DNA of 64,000 nucleotides from Thermoanaerobaculia bacterium (GTDB taxonomy: Bacteria; Acidobacteriota; Thermoanaerobaculia; Gp7-AA8). The translations under genes and the position numbers were made by a program. The stretch's first letter is position 1; every line of letters starts with the position of its first letter. Below, piece by piece: positions 61,952-64,000 of this stretch. The notes under the pieces were generated by a model. That model made no database searches. It was given only the letters and a program-made list of their open reading frames with translations, and had not been told where the DNA came from. Where the stretch lies: the NCBI GenBank assembly GCA_036009105.1, contig DASYMJ010000009.1:1239-65238 (forward strand), given 5' to 3'.

Positions 61952-62150
61952 AGTTCGCTCACTGCTAGGTCACGTCGCCGAAGCGGCCGACGGCATCCTT
62001 CGCTACACCGCCGCGAAGACGTTTCAGGATTACCAGGCTGACGAGATGTTGTGCCGCGGTCTGGGACAAGATCCACTCCCACCTCCCCCTCCTCCTCACC
62101 GAGGTCCGCGCGCTGCTCGGCGAGTGATCGGTGGTGAACTTCCTGCATAA
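61941..62150 (+). pseudogene. HepT (DUF86) remnant, copy 2: internal deletion
   Basis: MQREVRSLLGHVAEAADGILRYTAAKTFQDYQADEML, then out-of-frame IHSHLPLLLTEVRALLGE. Confidence 0.5.
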
Positions 62151-62168
62151 TTCGCCGCGCATACGACG

Positions 62169-63302
62169 ATGGAGAAGAGGCAGCAGCGGATCGTCATCAT
62201 CGACGACAACGCGAACGACCTGGCGGTGACGCGGCGGTTCCTCGAGCGGCGAGGGTACGACGTCATCCCCGCCCTCTCGGGGGAAGAGGGGCTGCGCCTC
62301 GCCCTGCAGGTGATGCCGGATGCCATCGTGGTCGATTACCGCATGCCGGTCATGGACGGCTTCGAAGTGGCGCGCAGGATCAAGACCGATCCGCAGTTGC
62401 AGACCATCCCCGTGTTGATGCTGACCGGCGCCGACTCGGCGGAGCACATCGTGGACGGGTTGGGGGCGGGGGCGGACGACTTCGTCACCAAGGGCTCCGA
62501 CACCGAGGTGTTGCTGGCGAGACTGAGGGCGCTGCTGCGGGTGAAGACGTATCAGGACCAGCTGCGGCGCATCAACCAGCAGATGCAGCGCGACCTGCAG
62601 ATCGCGCGGAGGGTGCAGGAGGCGCTCGTCCCCCAGGGCGTCTTCCGCGGGCCGCGCACGGAGATGCGGTCGGCGTACATCCCCAGCGAGACGCTCTCCG
62701 GCGACTTCTACGACTACTTCCTGCAGGACGACACGACGTATCTGTTCGTCGCCGACGTCTCCGGGCACGGCCTGCCGGCGGCGATCCTGGTCTCGCTGCT
62801 CAAGAGCTACATCCACACCGAAGCGGAGCCGCGCGGATCGCTCGCCACGCTGATGGCGCGGCTCAACGACTTCCTCTTCGCGGTCAGCCTCCCCACCCAG
62901 TTCGCCACGGCGCAGGTCTTCCGGGTGAACGGCACCGGCATGCTGACCTACTCCAACGCCGCGCATCCGGGGTTCCTCCTCTTCAGCCGCGAGAGCGGCA
63001 AGACCACCCTCCACGAAGACCCCTCCAACCTCCTCGGCGCGCTGCCGGGGCTCGAGTACGAGGAGCAGTCGCTCAGCGTCGCGCCGGGCGACACGCTGTT
63101 CGTTTACACCGATGGCCTGACCGACCGCAGGAACGAGGCCGGCGAGTTCTACGCCATCGACCGCATCGCCAGGCTGCTGGAAGAATCAAAGGACGCGGAT
63201 CTCGACACGGTCTACGAGAGCATCCGCGGAGACGTGAACAACTTCTCCGCCACCGAGGAGTTCAAGGACGACATCGCGTTCGTGGTGACGCGGTTCCATT
63301 GA
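62169..63302 (+). CDS. response regulator receiver domain fused to PP2C/SpoIIE-type Ser/Thr phosphatase
   Basis: ORF track 377 aa. REC domain IVIIDDNANDL ... DYRMPVMDG ... LTG. PP2C-like GDFYDY ... VADVSGHG ... YTDGLTD. Confidence 0.85.
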   Translation: MEKRQQRIVIIDDNANDLAVTRRFLERRGYDVIPALSGEEGLRLALQVMPDAIVVDYRMPVMDGFEVARRIKTDPQLQTIPVLMLTGADSAEHIVDGLGAGADDFVTKGSDTEVLLARLRALLRVKTYQDQLRRINQQMQRDLQIARRVQEALVPQGVFRGPRTEMRSAYIPSETLSGDFYDYFLQDDTTYLFVADVSGHGLPAAILVSLLKSYIHTEAEPRGSLATLMARLNDFLFAVSLPTQFATAQVFRVNGTGMLTYSNAAHPGFLLFSRESGKTTLHEDPSNLLGALPGLEYEEQSLSVAPGDTLFVYTDGLTDRRNEAGEFYAIDRIARLLEESKDADLDTVYESIRGDVNNFSATEEFKDDIAFVVTRFH

Positions 63303-63321
63303 GCGCGCGACGCGGCGGCGC

Positions 63322-64000
63322 TCAGGCGATGCGCTGCAGCAGCTCCACCGCCTGCGGCTTCTTCTCGTAGCGCACGTCCGTCGCGGCGATCTTCTCCAGG
63401 TAGGGCTTGGCCCGCGTCGCGTCGTTCCGCTTCAGGTGGGCGCGGGCGATCCAGAACCAGGTGTCGAGGATGTACTCGTTCTCGCTGAACTTCTGCGTCT
63501 GGACGGCCTTCTCCAGCGCGGCCACCGCATCGTCGTAGCGACCCTGCGCGTAGTGGATCCGCCCCAGATGCGAGAGCGCGTCGAAGAAGTCGTACGAGTT
63601 CTGCTCCACGCTCTCCAGCACCTGGCGGTAGAAGCGCTCCGCCTCGTCGTACTTTTTGCGGTCGAACCAGATCGCGCCGCAGAACAGCAGCGCGTTCCGG
63701 TAAAAGTAGGAGTTGAAGAACGGCTGGTTCGGATCGAAGAGCTCGAGGGCGTCGCCGAAGAGGTGCAGCGCCTCCTCGTGATCGTTCAGGGCGTAGGAAT
63801 TGAGCGCCTTCAGCGCCAGCGCCTGCGCCGTCACGTTGTTGTTCGGCGAGTAGCGCAGCGACTGGTCGTGCAGGTCCTTCGCCTTCTGGTAGTCGTGCTC
63901 CTCGTGCGAGAGGTGCCCCAGGATCACATAGGACTTGTACTTGATGTCATTCGCCTCGTCCGACTCCTCGGAGGCGCAGGCCGCGCTGAAGCCCTCCCGC
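63322..64000 (-). CDS. TPR repeat protein (5' end beyond window)
   Basis: ORF 63322..63927 (GTG). Frame stays open to 64000, so the gene probably extends past the window. TPR-like Y/A/L repeats. Confidence 0.55.
   Translation of the reverse strand, partial: REGFSAACASEESDEANDIKYKSYVILGHLSHEEHDYQKAKDLHDQSLRYSPNNNVTAQALALKALNSYALNDHEEALHLFGDALELFDPNQPFFNSYFYRNALLFCGAIWFDRKKYDEAERFYRQVLESVEQNSYDFFDALSHLGRIHYAQGRYDDAVAALEKAVQTQKFSENEYILDTWFWIARAHLKRNDATRAKPYLEKIAATDVRYEKKPQAVELLQRIA

Overview
High-GC (~68%) bacterial chromosomal segment with about 60 protein-coding genes and no rRNA, tRNA or CRISPR array that I could recognise. Gene style (many ATGA/GTGA start-stop overlaps, abundant TPR, Ser/Thr-kinase, ECF-sigma and lipoprotein genes) resembles Acidobacteria- or Gemmatimonadetes-like genomes. 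Along the window: (i) A long minus-strand, translationally coupled operon (12832→2359). It runs M20 peptidase, thiolase, TatD, GT2 polyprenyl-P glycosyltransferase, LAB_N membrane protein, AMMECR1, a small protein and a LysM/PG-binding protein. It ends in a 1488-aa protein of 11 tandem IPT/TIG domains fused to a C-terminal two-HKD phospholipase-D domain, then a lytic transglycosylase and a LysM protein. (ii) A divergent Ser/Thr kinase / vWA / TPR / zinc-ribbon-TonB-C cluster. (iii) A secreted snapalysin-like metalloprotease, a CarbPepD_reg protein and two tandem paralogous cysteine-rich secreted small proteins. (iv) A hicBA toxin-antitoxin cassette inserted at the 3' end of a beta-lactamase-family gene, flanked by a 92-bp direct duplication. 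(v) smc followed in the same frame by a SWIM-SNF2 helicase. (vi) Three exported clan-CD peptidase homologues (one CHAT-TPR lipoprotein, two caspase-like proteins) bracketed by two paralogous ECF sigma/anti-sigma pairs. (vii) A tubulin/FtsZ-like GTPase gene (exact PROSITE tubulin signature AGGTGSG) coupled to a vWA-TM-FHA gene and to a membrane paralogue whose tubulin-like N-domain has lost the GTP motifs. (viii) A di-heme DUF1111 protein, PAP2 plus GT39 (ArnT-like), DUF465, pssA, a MoxR-like AAA+/vWA pair, pth, two tandem decayed HepT/MNT TA modules, a response-regulator-PP2C gene and a TPR gene. Several short REP-like palindromic repeat families sit in intergenic regions. Coordinates come from the ORF track combined with my own reading of starts; positions derived only by eye may be off by a few nucleotides.
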